Positions 30,505-43,314 are shown, counted from the stretch's first letter. The stretch is DNA of 57,566 nt from Nitrospirota bacterium (GCA_004298335.1 SCTG01000101.1:1-57566); one strand, 5' to 3'. Program-made: numbers and translations. Notes: generated by a model not told the origin, from the letters alone.

Positions 30505-31122
30505 ATGGTTCGGGTGAAGATCTGCGGGAACGTCACGCTGAAGGATACGATGGCGGCGGTGGAGGCCGGGGCCGACGCCGTCGGGTTCGTGTTCTACGCC
30601 AAGAGTCCGCGGGTCGTGAGCCCGAAGGCGGTGGCCGCGATCGTGTCGCACCTGCCGCCGTTCGTGTCGACGGTCGGCCTGTTCGTCAACGAGAACCCCG
30701 ATCTGGTCCGCCAGATCATGTCGGATTGCGGGCTTGCGTACGCGCAATTGCACGGGGAGGAGTCCCCGCAGTACTGCGCCGAACTGCGGCTGCCGGTGGT
30801 CAAGGCCATCCGCGTCCGTTCCCGCGAGAACCTGGCGAACCTCTCCGCCTACCGCGTCAAGGCGATCCTGCTGGACACGTACGTGGAGGGCAAAATCGGA
30901 GGCACGGGAACCACCTTCGACTGGGCCTTGGCGATCGAGGCCACGAGCTGGGGACCGATCGTGCTCGCCGGGGGCCTTACGCCCGACAACGTGGGCGAAG
31001 CGATCAGCCGCGTCCGGCCCTACGGCGTGGACGTCAGCAGCGGCGTGGAAATCTCGCCCGGCGTGAAGGACCACGCGAAGGTCAAGGCCTTCATCGAGAA
31101 CGTGAAATGCCGGGGTCTGTGA
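30505..31122 (+). CDS. trpF: Phosphoribosylanthranilate isomerase
   Basis: MVRVKICGNV N-terminus, GADAVGFVF, and QLHGEE. Confidence 0.92.
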   Translation: MVRVKICGNVTLKDTMAAVEAGADAVGFVFYAKSPRVVSPKAVAAIVSHLPPFVSTVGLFVNENPDLVRQIMSDCGLAYAQLHGEESPQYCAELRLPVVKAIRVRSRENLANLSAYRVKAILLDTYVEGKIGGTGTTFDWALAIEATSWGPIVLAGGLTPDNVGEAISRVRPYGVDVSSGVEISPGVKDHAKVKAFIENVKCRGL

Positions 31123-31140
31123 TGTATACTCCTCCTCACC

Positions 31141-32330
<1,190 letters not shown>

Positions 32331-32334
<4 letters not shown>

Positions 32335-33122
32335 GTCGTTTGCAGAAGACTTTTTCGGCGCTCCACGCACGCCATGAGAAGGCGCTGATTGCCTACATCA
32401 TGGCGGGTGACCCGTCATTGGAAGAGACCGAATCCTACGTCCGTCAATTGTCCGAGGCGGGGGCCGACGTCATCGAGCTGGGCGTGCCGTTTTCCGATCC
32501 CATCGCCGACGGGCCGGTGATCCAGCAGGCGGCCGAGCGGGCGCTTCGGTCCGGGACGTCGCTGAAGAAAATCCTCGCCACGGTCCGGTCGCTCCGGATG
32601 AAGACTCAAGTCCCTCTCGTCCTGATGGCCTACTACAATTCGATCTTCCGTTACGGTGAGGCGGCCTTCTGCCGCGACGCGGCGGCGGCGGGCGTGGATG
32701 GGCTGATCGTGCCGGACATGCCGACGGACGAGGCAGGGACGATTCATCCGTTGGCGGAAGCGGCCGGCCTCGACGTGATCTTTCTATTGGCTCCGACGAG
32801 TCCCTCCGAGCGGCAGAGCCGCGTCGCGCGCCTCTCCCGCGGCTTCATCTATTATGTCTCGCTGACGGGCATCACGGGGGCGAAGCTGACGGACAAGGTC
32901 GACGTGGAGAAGAAGGTGCGCGAGATCCGCCGCTATACGAAGACGCCGGTCGCGGTGGGATTCGGGATCGCGACGCCCGACGACGCCCGGCAGGTGGCGC
33001 GGGTCGCCGACGGGGTGATCGTCGGCTCCGCGCTCGTTAAGCTCGTCGCCGAAGGCGGGCAGGTCTCCGACCGCCTCGCTTCCTTCACCCGCTCCCTCAA
33101 GGCCGCCACCCTGCCGGCGTAA
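32331..33122 (+). CDS. trpA: Tryptophan synthase alpha chain
   Basis: [27 protein letters not shown], and GFGI motifs. 4-nt overlap with trpB. Confidence 0.95.
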
Positions 33123-33127
33123 CCGCG

Positions 33128-33535
33128 CTATTTCTTCTTGAAGAGGTCATCGAGCGCGCGTCGGGGGTCGTAGGGGCGCGCGGACTTGGAATGCACCTCA
33201 GGCTCCACCGTGATAGTCGGCGCGAAGAACGTGCAGGCGTTGCGGGCGTTCTTGTTGGAGATGCGCTCCGGCACGGGCTGGGCGCACTCGAAATGCTGGC
33301 CGGGATCGAAGTGGACGCACTGCCGGCAGGCATGGAGCTCCGACTTACACTTGGGGCACTGGCCGGATGACTCGCCCATGGGTGGGAGCGTGGTGCCGCA
33401 GTCCGCGCAGCGGGAGAAGGTCCGGGCCGGAGGCGTCTCAGGCGCGCCCGACCGGGGGGAAGGCGCCGGGGCCTTGTCCTGCCGGTCCTTCCCGTGGTCC
33501 TGATAGCCCCGCTGGCCGTATCGCCTGTCTGCCAT
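33128..33535 (-). CDS. Cys-rich zinc-ribbon protein, unknown function
   Basis: 135 aa. CADCG...CPKCKSELHACRQCVHF...ECAQP...C. Basic, disordered N-terminus. Last gene of the minus-strand lnt-to-lolD run. Confidence 0.55.
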   Translation of the reverse strand: MADRRYGQRGYQDHGKDRQDKAPAPSPRSGAPETPPARTFSRCADCGTTLPPMGESSGQCPKCKSELHACRQCVHFDPGQHFECAQPVPERISNKNARNACTFFAPTITVEPEVHSKSARPYDPRRALDDLFKKK

Positions 33536-33588
33536 GCGCGTCAGTCCTCTTCCCCGTAAAGAAAGCGGGACCAGACTCGATTTATTCG

Positions 33589-34251
33589 CTACGCGATCTT
33601 TCCGTCCACCATTCTAATAATGCGGTCGGCCTGATTGGAGAGAGCCTCGTTGTGGGTCACGATGACGAACGTGACCCCCTTGGCGCGGTTCAGGTCGCGC
33701 ATCAATTTGAAGACGTCCTCCCCGGTGTGCGTGTCCAGGTTGCCGGTCGGCTCGTCGGCGAGCACCAGGTCCGGCCGCAGGACCAGCGCCCGCGCCACGG
33801 CGACGCGCTGCTGCTCGCCGCCCGACATCTCCCCCGTGCGGTGCTCCAACCGGTGCTCCAGACCCACTTCCTTCAAGACTGCCGCCGCCGCCGCGCGCGC
33901 TTCCTCCTCTGATTGACGCCTGATAAGCGCCGGCATCATGACGTTCTCCAGCGCGGTGAATTCCGGCAGCAGGTGGTGGAATTGGAAGACGAACCCGATC
34001 TTGCGGTTGCGGAAGTCCGCCAACGCCAGCTCGTCCTTGGCGAAGATGTCCTCGCCGTCGAAGCGCACGGTTCCGCCGGTGGGCCGGTCGAGCGTGCCGA
34101 GGATGTGCAGGAGCGTCGTCTTGCCGACGCCGGACGCGCCGACGATCGCCACCATCTCGCCGCGCTTGATCTCCAGGCTCACGCCGTTCAGGACGTGGAT
34201 TTCCGTCTGGTCCAGGTGGAAGGATTTCTTGAGGTCCTGCGCGGCGATCAT
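33589..34251 (-). CDS. lolD: Lipoprotein-releasing system ATP-binding protein
   Basis: Walker A GASGVGKTT, signature MSGGEQQRVAVARAL, Walker B LVLADEPTGNLD. Adjacent to an FtsX-type permease. Confidence 0.9.
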   Translation of the reverse strand: MIAAQDLKKSFHLDQTEIHVLNGVSLEIKRGEMVAIVGASGVGKTTLLHILGTLDRPTGGTVRFDGEDIFAKDELALADFRNRKIGFVFQFHHLLPEFTALENVMMPALIRRQSEEEARAAAAAVLKEVGLEHRLEHRTGEMSGGEQQRVAVARALVLRPDLVLADEPTGNLDTHTGEDVFKLMRDLNRAKGVTFVIVTHNEALSNQADRIIRMVDGKIA

Positions 34252-34253
34252 GA

Positions 34254-35534
34254 TTATTCGTACCGCAGCGCCTCGGCCGGGTCGAGGCGGGCGGCCTGCC
34301 GGCAGGGGTGGATCGTGGCGAGAAACGTGATGAGGACGGCGGACAGGCCCACGATTACCACGTCGAAGGTCTTGATGTGCACCGGGATGCGGCTGAGGTA
34401 GTACACGTCGCCGGGCAGCGTGTAGAACTCCTGGATCGCCCAGCAGAAGGCGTATCCCAGCGGGATGCCGATCGCCGTGCCGACGACGCCGATCACGAGC
34501 CCGTTCAGCATGAAGATGCGCATCACGGCCTTGCCGGTGGCGCCCATCGCCTTGAGGATGGCGATCTCCCGGTGCTTCTCCACGACGATCATGGTCAGCG
34601 TGCTGACGATGTTGAACGAGGCGACGACGACGACCAGCACCAACAGGACGAACATCATGAACTTCTCCATCTTCAGCGCCGAGAACAGGTTCTTGTTGAG
34701 CTTCATCCAGTCCCGCGCCCAGTAGGGGAAGCCGATCGCACCCTCGATCGCCTTGGCGGTGAGGTCCGCGGCGAACACGTCCGCGACCTTCACTTCGACG
34801 CCGCTCACGGCGTCGCCCATGTTGAAGAACTCCTGCGCCTGCTTGATGGACACGTAGGCCAGCGACGAGTCGTACTCGAACATGCCGGCCTCGAAGACCC
34901 CCGCGACGCGATAGCCGCGCACCTTCGGGATCATCCCCATCGCGCTGATCGGCCCGACCGGCGAGACGACGTTCAACCGGTCGCCCAGGAACACGCCCAG
35001 GCGCAGCGCGAGCTCCTTGCCGATGATGATGCCGGGCAGCAGGGGCGGCAACTCCGTGGCCTGGCCGTCCGGCGCCGGCGGCGTCTGGCTCACGGGGCCC
35101 ACGCGTTCGAGTTCCTCCAGCGACCCCGACTTGAGGTTCCGGGCGATCTCGGTCACCGTCGCTTCCCGCTTGACGTCGATGCCGCGCAGCACGACGCCGT
35201 GCGAGCCGGTGTCCGAGGTCAACAGGACCTGCTTGAAGATGAACGGCGTGGCGGCGACCACGTCGGGCACGGCCGCGACCTTGTCCGCCAGCTCGGTATA
35301 ACCCTTGATGTTCTCGCCGGTCCTGGACGTGACGATGACGTGGGAGTTCGTGCCGAGAATCTTGGCTTGAAGGTCCTCCTTGAAGCCGGTCATGATGCCC
35401 AGCGTGGCGATCAGGGCCGCCACGCCTATGGTGACGCCCGTGATGGAGATGAGCGTGTTGAAGGAGATCGTGCGGTTGCGGCGCTTGGCCTTGAGGTATC
35501 GGAGGCCGATGAACACTTCGTACGGGAGGCGCAC
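34254..35534 (-). CDS. lolC: Lipoprotein-releasing system permease (LolC/LolE family, FtsX-like)
   Basis: GTG at 35534 (VRLPYEVFIGLRYLKAKRRN, the typical LolC/E N-terminus), 2 nt after the lysS stop. MacB-like periplasmic domain and C-terminal FtsX TM bundle. The track ORF's upstream extension overlaps lysS and is rejected. Confidence 0.88.
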   Translation of the reverse strand: MRLPYEVFIGLRYLKAKRRNRTISFNTLISITGVTIGVAALIATLGIMTGFKEDLQAKILGTNSHVIVTSRTGENIKGYTELADKVAAVPDVVAATPFIFKQVLLTSDTGSHGVVLRGIDVKREATVTEIARNLKSGSLEELERVGPVSQTPPAPDGQATELPPLLPGIIIGKELALRLGVFLGDRLNVVSPVGPISAMGMIPKVRGYRVAGVFEAGMFEYDSSLAYVSIKQAQEFFNMGDAVSGVEVKVADVFAADLTAKAIEGAIGFPYWARDWMKLNKNLFSALKMEKFMMFVLLVLVVVVASFNIVSTLTMIVVEKHREIAILKAMGATGKAVMRIFMLNGLVIGVVGTAIGIPLGYAFCWAIQEFYTLPGDVYYLSRIPVHIKTFDVVIVGLSAVLITFLATIHPCRQAARLDPAEALRYE

Positions 35535-35536
35535 CG

Positions 35537-37045
<1,509 letters not shown>

Positions 37046-37056
37046 GATTTCACGGC

Positions 37057-37085
37057 ATCATAGTCAGCGGGATGGGGCAAGTCAA
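37057..37085 (-). promoter_or_regulatory. Candidate internal sigma70-like promoter, TTGACT-17-TATGAT, directly upstream of lysS
   Basis: On the minus strand, TTGACT is at 37085-37080 and TATGAT at 37062-37057. Only 11 nt separate the -10 from the lysS ATG (37045), and there is no SD. Confidence 0.35.
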
Positions 37086-37102
37086 TTTGAGTGGGAGGGG
37101 CA

Positions 37103-38210
37103 CTATTTGTCCTTCTTCAATGACTGGAGCAGGAACGCCTCGATGAAGGGGTCCAGTTCGCCATCGAAGACCGCGTTGATGTTGCCCACCTCGGTGTTGG
37201 TCCGGTGGTCCTTCACGAGCTGGTAGGGCTGGAAGACGTAGGACCGGATCTGGCTGCCGAACCCGATCTCCTTCTTCTCGCCGACGAAGGCGTTGAACTC
37301 CTCTTCCTTCTTCTTCTGCTCCAGCTCGTACAGCCGCGCGCGCAGGACCTTCATGGCGCCGGACTTGTTCTTGAGCTGGGAGCGCTCGTTCTGGCACTGC
37401 ACGACGATGCCGGTGGGCAGGTGCGTGATGCGGATGGCGGTCTCGACCTTGTTCACGTTCTGGCCGCCGGCCCCGCCGGAGCGGAACGTGTCGATCTTCA
37501 GGTCCTTCTCCTCGAGGTCGAGCTCCGCGTCGTCCTCGAGCTCGGGGTAGACGAAGACCGAGGCGAACGACGTGTGCCGGCGCTTGTTGGCGTCGAACGG
37601 GGAGATGCGCACCAGGCGGTGGACGCCGGCCTCCGACTTGAGAAAGCCGTACGCGTTCGCGCCCGCGATGCCGAGCGTCACGCTCTTGATGCCGGCCTGC
37701 TCGCCGGGAAGATAGTCCAGCGTCTCGACCTTGTAGCCCTTGGTTTCGGCCCACCGCACGTACATGCGCATGAGCATCTCGGCCCAGTCCTGGGACTCCG
37801 TGCCGCCGGCGCCCGGGTGGATGGACATGATCGCGTTGTTCGCGTCCATTTCGCCGTGCAGCAGCAGCTCGACCCGCAGCTTGGCCAAGGCCTGCTCGGC
37901 CTGCGCCAGCTCGGCGGTGATGTCGCCTTCGAGCGAGGCGTCCTGTTCCGACTCGGCCAGCTCCACCATGGCGGCGAGATCGTCGAGCCGGCGCGCCATG
38001 TCGCCCCAGTTCTTGACCTCCCGCTCCAGGAGGTTTTTCTGCCGGATGGTGCTCTGGGATGTACGGCGGTCGTCCCAGAAGCCGGGGGCGGCCATGCGCG
38101 CTTCGAGCGTCTGGATTTGGGATGTCAACGCCGGGAGGTCAAAGATGCCCCCGGAGATCGTCAAAATTCGTCCGGAGGGTAGCCAGGCGGGCTTTCAGAT
38201 CGTCGAGCAT
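37103..38210 (-). CDS. prfB: Peptide chain release factor 2, expressed via programmed +1 ribosomal frameshift
   Basis: The frame-0 leader from ATG 38210 ([23 protein letters not shown]) ends at CTT TGA C. The +1 frame continues DLPALTSQ... with SPF ([14 protein letters not shown]) and GGQ ([12 protein letters not shown]) motifs. SD AGGAGA precedes the ATG. Confidence 0.93.
38138..38153 (-). other. prfB +1 frameshift site: CGG GGG CAT CTT TGA C
   Basis: Read on the minus strand, there is an SD-like GGGGG 3 nt upstream of the slippery CTT and an in-frame TGA followed by C. This matches the canonical E. coli-type RF2 autoregulatory site. Confidence 0.9.
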
Positions 38211-39798
38211 GGAGTCTCCTTGCGTCTTTTTGTGCCCGGCGGAAGTCGCGATACCGCGCCGCCGCCGCCACGAACAGCGTAAGTATAACACAGAATTTCG
38301 CGAACAGATCGCCGTAGGCGGTATAGAAGGTGCGCGGGCCGCCGGTGCGGACCTCGCCGCTCAGCGCGCCTTCGACGAACAGGTCCGTGGTGCGGAGGAT
38401 GTGGCCTTCCGCGTCGATGAAGCCCGAGATGCCGGTGTTGGCGGCGCGCGCGAAGGCGATCCGGTTCTCGACGGCGCGGAAGACCACCATGGCGAAGTGC
38501 TGGTACGGCGCGCCGGACTGGCCGAACCAGGCGTCGTTGGTGATCGCGACCATGTACTCGGCGCCCTGGTCCACGAACTGCCGCACGAGGTCGGGGAAGA
38601 TGACTTCGAAGCAGATCACGATGCCCAGGCGCCCGCCGGGCGCGCCCAGCACGCGCGGGCCCGGGCCCGGCACGAAGTCGCCGATGCCGACCACCAGCTT
38701 GTCGAGAAACGACAGGATGCTCTTCAGCGGGATGTATTCGCCGAAGGGCACCAGGTGGCTCTTGTCGTAGCGGTCCAGCACCACGCCGTCCCCGCTAGCC
38801 AGGTACGCGCTGTTCAGCAGGCGCAGCTGGCCGGCGGTCTGGCTCTCGACGGCCGGGCTGCCGAAGAGCAGGGGCACGCCGCGGTCCCGGACGAAGGCCA
38901 GCAGCTCCTCCTTATAAGTGGTCTCCACGTCGAAGAGGAACGGCGTGGCCGCCTCGGGCCAGATCACCAGGTCGGCCCCGTCCGCGATCTGCAGCGTCAG
39001 CCGCTTGAGCCGGTCGATCGTGTCCCGCCGGTACGCGGCGTCCCATTTTTGCGCCTGGTCCACGTTGGGCTGCACGAGCCCGATCCGCACGGTCTGGTCG
39101 CTGGCCGAGTCCCTCTGGGGGGACAGCCGCCACTGCCCGTAGGCCACGATGCCAGCCAGGAGCAACGCCGCGAGCGGCGCGGCGACCCAGGGGAGGGGCG
39201 CGCGACGCTCCGGATCGGCGGTCCGTGCGAGGACGGCGTCGGCCACCCTGGCGATGACGACGTTCGCGAGCACCAGGATGAAGGACACGCCGTACACGCC
39301 CGTCACGTCCGCCATCTGGATCACCGTCAGATTGTGGTACTGGCTGTAGCCGAGGAGCGCCCAGGGGAACCCGGAAAACAGATAGGTACGGACCCATTCG
39401 AGGGCGGCCCAGAGGGCCGGCGCGGTCCACGTCCGGAGCGGGCCGCGCCGGTCGGGGACCGCCGCCAGGACGGCGCAGAACGATCCGACGTACAGCGCGC
39501 AATAGCCGGCCAGCAGCAGCATCACGCAGAAACTCGCGGCGAACGGCATCTTTCCGTACTCGTGCATGGCGTTGATCACCCAGTACAGGGTCACGGAAAA
39601 AAACAGGAGTCCGGCCAGCCAGCCCTGTCCGAAGGCCGTCTTCCAGGACGACCCGCGGATCGCGAGCAGCAGCGGGACCATGCCGATCCAGGCCAGCGAT
39701 TCGATGTCGAACGGCGGGAACGCGAGGGCCAGCAGGAGACCAGACGCGACGGGCGGAATGAGGAGCCGGGCGAGGCGATGCAGCATCGGGGTGAACAT
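38161..39798 (-). CDS. lnt: Apolipoprotein N-acyltransferase
   Basis: 545 aa. Multi-TM N-terminal half (LALAFPPF...), CN-hydrolase domain (VIWPEAA, ICFE catalytic Cys context, ITNDAWFG). The 3' end overlaps the prfB leader by 50 nt. Confidence 0.92.
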   Translation of the reverse strand: MFTPMLHRLARLLIPPVASGLLLALAFPPFDIESLAWIGMVPLLLAIRGSSWKTAFGQGWLAGLLFFSVTLYWVINAMHEYGKMPFAASFCVMLLLAGYCALYVGSFCAVLAAVPDRRGPLRTWTAPALWAALEWVRTYLFSGFPWALLGYSQYHNLTVIQMADVTGVYGVSFILVLANVVIARVADAVLARTADPERRAPLPWVAAPLAALLLAGIVAYGQWRLSPQRDSASDQTVRIGLVQPNVDQAQKWDAAYRRDTIDRLKRLTLQIADGADLVIWPEAATPFLFDVETTYKEELLAFVRDRGVPLLFGSPAVESQTAGQLRLLNSAYLASGDGVVLDRYDKSHLVPFGEYIPLKSILSFLDKLVVGIGDFVPGPGPRVLGAPGGRLGIVICFEVIFPDLVRQFVDQGAEYMVAITNDAWFGQSGAPYQHFAMVVFRAVENRIAFARAANTGISGFIDAEGHILRTTDLFVEGALSGEVRTGGPRTFYTAYGDLFAKFCVILTLFVAAAARYRDFRRAQKDARRLHARRSESPPGYPPDEF

Positions 39799-39845
39799 AG
39801 CCGATTCAACGCAAACGAAACAACTGCCGCCGGTGAATTATCCGG

Positions 39846-39875
39846 TTGTGGCGGTCGTGCAAAGGATGGTAGAAT
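39846..39875 (+). promoter_or_regulatory. Candidate promoter, TTGTGG-18-TAGAAT, with extended -10 TGG
   Basis: Hexamers at 39846-39851 and 39870-39875. There is a ~75-nt leader to the ATG at 39952. Confidence 0.35.
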
Positions 39876-39951
39876 CCCGTCCTGCTGAACACAGCTGTAA
39901 ACGGTTCCATTGGATTCATTGGAAAGCGACTGAACAAAGGGGGCGTCTGGA

Positions 39952-40917
39952 ATGGCAGGAGCGCGTGTATTAGTCACCCCGAGAGCGTTTCTCGATCTCG
40001 ACGGCGAGCACAAGGACATTCTCAAGAAGGCCGGTTACGAAGTCGTGGCGAACCCGCGGCCACGGGCCCTGACGGAAGATGAAATGGCGGCGTACATCGT
40101 CGGCATCCAGGCCGTGATCGTCGGCGACGAGCCGGTGAGCCACCGGGTGTTGGACCGGGCGGAGGACCTGAAAGTCATTTCAAAGTTCGGCACGCACGTG
40201 GACAACATCGACGTGGACGTGGCTGCGGCGCGGAAGATTCCGGTCACCTTTACTCCCGGCGTCACCCATCCCGCCGTGGCCGAGCTGACCATCGGGCTCA
40301 TGTTTGCGCTGCTGCGGGGCATTCCGCAGATGGACCGCGACGTCCGCAACGGCAAGTGGGCATCCGTCGCCGGCATGGAGCTCATGGGCAAGACCCTGGG
40401 CATCGTCGGCATGGGCGGGATCGGGAAGGAAGTCGCCAAGCGCGCCCTGTCGCTCGGCATGAACGTCATGGGCTTCGACATGCATCCGGACGAGTCCTTC
40501 GCCGAGCATCACGGCATCGAATACGTGCCCGCCGACGAGCTCCTCAAGAACTCCGACGTCGTCACTCTGCATCTGGGGCTCAACACCGAGACGAGGGGCT
40601 GGCTCTCCAAGATGCGCGTGGCCCGCATCCGCCCCGGCTCGTTCCTGATCAACACCGGCCGGCCCGAGCTCATCGATGAGGGCGCCGTGCTGGACGCGAT
40701 GCGTGGGCAGCGCATCCGCGGCGCGGCGTTCGACCTGCCGGGCGAGGAGAACCAGTTCGCGGTGCCGCTGCTGTCGCAGGAGAACGTGCTGGTGTCCTGC
40801 CACGCGGGGTCCAATACGGAGGAGTCCGTGCGGCGCCAGGCGGTCATGGCGGCGGAGAACGTCGTCGCCGTCCTGAGCGGCCAGCCGAAGCTCGCGGCCT
40901 TCGCCACAGCCGAGTAG
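39952..40917 (+). CDS. D-isomer-specific 2-hydroxyacid dehydrogenase (phosphoglycerate dehydrogenase-like)
   Basis: NAD motif GKTLGIVGMGGIGKEVAKRA. Catalytic R/E/H context (INTGRPELIDE...CHAGSNT). Confidence 0.88.
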   Translation: MAGARVLVTPRAFLDLDGEHKDILKKAGYEVVANPRPRALTEDEMAAYIVGIQAVIVGDEPVSHRVLDRAEDLKVISKFGTHVDNIDVDVAAARKIPVTFTPGVTHPAVAELTIGLMFALLRGIPQMDRDVRNGKWASVAGMELMGKTLGIVGMGGIGKEVAKRALSLGMNVMGFDMHPDESFAEHHGIEYVPADELLKNSDVVTLHLGLNTETRGWLSKMRVARIRPGSFLINTGRPELIDEGAVLDAMRGQRIRGAAFDLPGEENQFAVPLLSQENVLVSCHAGSNTEESVRRQAVMAAENVVAVLSGQPKLAAFATAE

Positions 40918-40923
40918 CGCGGC

Positions 40924-42948
40924 ATGCCGCGGGATATCCCTCTCGGCAACGGCAAGCTCCTTATCACCTTCGACCGCTACTACCAAATCCGCGACATCTA
41001 TTTCCCGCACGTCGGCAAGGAAAACCAGACGGTCGGCCACCCCTGGCGCTTCGGCGTCTGGGTGGACGGCCGGCTTTCCTGGCTCGGGCCCGACTGGCAG
41101 ATCTCGCTGACGTACGAGGAAGGGACCCTGGTCTCGCACGTCGAGGCCCATCATCCCGGCCTGCAGGTGACACTGGTCTGCACCGATGTCGTGGACTTCC
41201 ACGACCCGGTCTATGTCCGGAAAATCATCGTCCGGAACCTGGCCTCGCGGGAGCGCGACATCCGCCTGTTCCTCAACCAGGACTTCCATCTCTATGAATC
41301 CGATGTGGGCGATACGGCGGCCTACGAGCCCAAGCACAAGACCGTCACCCACTACAAAATGCGCCGCTACTTTCTGACCAACTACATGGCGAACGGGACG
41401 ATCGGGGTCCAGCATTTCGCCACCGGCCGCAAAGAGATGGAAGGTGCGGAGGGAACCTGGCGCGATGCCGAGGACGGCAAGCTGGAGGCCGGTCCGATCA
41501 CGCAGGGCTCGGTGGACTCGACGCTCGGCATTTTCCTCACTGTGCCGGGGCAGGGGATGCAGGAGGCCTGGTACTGGATCGTCGCGGGGGAAGACTGGCT
41601 CAGCGTCAACAACCTGAACAAGCGGATCGAGGAGCGGCTGCCGGAATATTACCTGTTGCGGACGGGGAAGTACTGGCGCTACTGGCTGAACCAGGACTGC
41701 ATCAACTTCGGCGAGTTGTCTCCCAAGATCGTGGACCTGTATTACAGGAGCCTGCTGGTGATCCGGACCCAGGTGGATGACGGCGGGGCGATCATCGCGG
41801 CGAACGACTCGGACATCACGACCCAGGCGCGCGACACCTATTCGTACATGTGGCCGAGGGACGGCGCGCTGGTGGCCCACGCGCTGGACGTGGCGGGCTA
41901 CCCGCAGCTCACCCGCCGCTTCTACCGGCTCTGCAGCCAGATCCTGACGCCGGACGGCTACTTCCTGCACAAGTACCATACCGATGGATCGTTCGCCAGC
42001 TCGTGGCATCCCTGGGTGAAGGACGGCGAGCCGCAATTGCCGATTCAGGAGGACGAGACGGCGCTGGTTATTTGGGCGCTCTGGCAGCATTTTGAGCGCT
42101 ACCGGGACGTTGAATTCATCACGCCGCTCTACGCGCCGCTGATCAAACGGGCGGCGAACTGGATGGCCTCGTATCGGGATCCGGTCACGGGCCTGCCGAA
42201 GGCGTCCTACGATCTCTGGGAGGAGCGTCACGGCGTCCTGGCCTTCACCTGCTCGGCGGTGTATGCGGCGCTGATGGCCGCGTCGAACTTTACCGAAGGG
42301 TTCGGCCAGGCCGGCCTGACCGACACCTACCGCCGCGCTGCGGCCGAGATCAAGGCGGGGATGGATCGCTATCTGTACCGGAAGGAACTGGGCCGTTTTG
42401 CCCGGATGGTCACGTTCAAGAAGAACGGGACGTTGGATAACGTCGATCCCACGCTCGACGCCAGTCTCTACGCGGTCGGTTGCTTCGGTGTCTATGAGCC
42501 GACGGATGAGCGGGTGGTGAAGACGATGGCCGCCGTTCGCGACCGGTTGTGGTGCAAGACGCCGGTGGGGGGCATCGCGCGCTACGAGAACGATTATTAC
42601 CACCAGGTCAGCAAGGACCTGGCCAATGTGCCCGGAAACCCCTGGTTTGTCTGTACGCTCTGGATTGCCCAGTGGCTGATCAAGAAGGCGACGACCGTAG
42701 AGCAGCTCAAGGAAGCCGTCCCGCTCCTCGATTGGGTGGCCGACCGGTGCCTGCCGTCCGGCGTGCTGGCCGAGCAGGTCCATCCCCATACCAATGAGCC
42801 GCTGTCGGTCTCGCCCCTCACCTGGTCGCACGCCACCTTTGTCCAGACAGTGCTGGACTATCTCGAAAAGCGTACCTCCCTGGACCGCTGCGACGCCTGC
42901 GACCACCCCGCGCACCCCTTCCGGACGCGAAAAATGAACAAGCCGTAA
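40924..42948 (+). CDS. Glycoside hydrolase family 15 (glucoamylase / glucodextranase / trehalase-like)
   Basis: 674 aa. N-terminal beta-sandwich (IPLGNGKLLITFD) and an (alpha/alpha)6 catalytic domain with YSYMWPRDGA and DLWEERHGV motifs. Confidence 0.9.
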   Translation: MPRDIPLGNGKLLITFDRYYQIRDIYFPHVGKENQTVGHPWRFGVWVDGRLSWLGPDWQISLTYEEGTLVSHVEAHHPGLQVTLVCTDVVDFHDPVYVRKIIVRNLASRERDIRLFLNQDFHLYESDVGDTAAYEPKHKTVTHYKMRRYFLTNYMANGTIGVQHFATGRKEMEGAEGTWRDAEDGKLEAGPITQGSVDSTLGIFLTVPGQGMQEAWYWIVAGEDWLSVNNLNKRIEERLPEYYLLRTGKYWRYWLNQDCINFGELSPKIVDLYYRSLLVIRTQVDDGGAIIAANDSDITTQARDTYSYMWPRDGALVAHALDVAGYPQLTRRFYRLCSQILTPDGYFLHKYHTDGSFASSWHPWVKDGEPQLPIQEDETALVIWALWQHFERYRDVEFITPLYAPLIKRAANWMASYRDPVTGLPKASYDLWEERHGVLAFTCSAVYAALMAASNFTEGFGQAGLTDTYRRAAAEIKAGMDRYLYRKELGRFARMVTFKKNGTLDNVDPTLDASLYAVGCFGVYEPTDERVVKTMAAVRDRLWCKTPVGGIARYENDYYHQVSKDLANVPGNPWFVCTLWIAQWLIKKATTVEQLKEAVPLLDWVADRCLPSGVLAEQVHPHTNEPLSVSPLTWSHATFVQTVLDYLEKRTSLDRCDACDHPAHPFRTRKMNKP

Positions 42949-43002
42949 TGCATGGGCGCACTGCCGTGCCCCCTGCGAAGACCATTGCCCAATCCGATGT
43001 AG

Positions 43003-43022
43003 GGGCGTATGGCGATACGCCC
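43003..43022. other. Perfect 8-bp stem-loop GGGCGTAT-GGCG-ATACGCCC
   Basis: Located in the 97-nt spacer between the GH15 stop and the next gene. No U-tract follows. Confidence 0.5.
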
Positions 43023-43045
43023 ATTGAAGGTGGTAGGATATCCCC

Positions 43046-43306
43046 ATGGCAAACGTCACATTAGTCTATTCAACGTCCTGCGGGGCCTGCCCTGCGGCCA
43101 AGGAACTCTGGAAGGGGCTGCGCATCAAGCACAGCTTCAGCTACCGGGAGATCGATATTCTCAGCCCGGACGGCCAGGAACTGGCGGACCGGCACGCGAT
43201 CCGCGCGACGCCGGCCTCGATCGTGGACGGCAAGCTGAAGTTCATCGGCGTGCCCTCGCGCGAGAGCGCCGAAAAAGCGTTGGGCGTCCGGCCGCCGGAC
43301 AAATAG
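43046..43306 (+). CDS. Small thioredoxin-fold (glutaredoxin-like) protein
   Basis: 86 aa. VTLVYSTSCGACPAAKELW (CxxC after beta-1) and TPASIVDGK (cis-Pro region). Confidence 0.75.
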   Translation: MANVTLVYSTSCGACPAAKELWKGLRIKHSFSYREIDILSPDGQELADRHAIRATPASIVDGKLKFIGVPSRESAEKALGVRPPDK

Positions 43307-43314
43307 GAACTACC

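Noticed and set aside
37090-37101. AGTGGGAGGGGC match to the terminus of the 63-bp element; considered as a third (solo-end) copy
   Set aside because: Only ~12 nt of the terminus align (11 identical), in GC-rich DNA, and the rest of the element is absent.
40180-43059. 959-aa minus-strand ORF opposite the dehydrogenase and GH15 genes
   Set aside because: It spans two well-supported plus-strand genes and an intergenic gap, with no recognisable domain. Shadow ORF.
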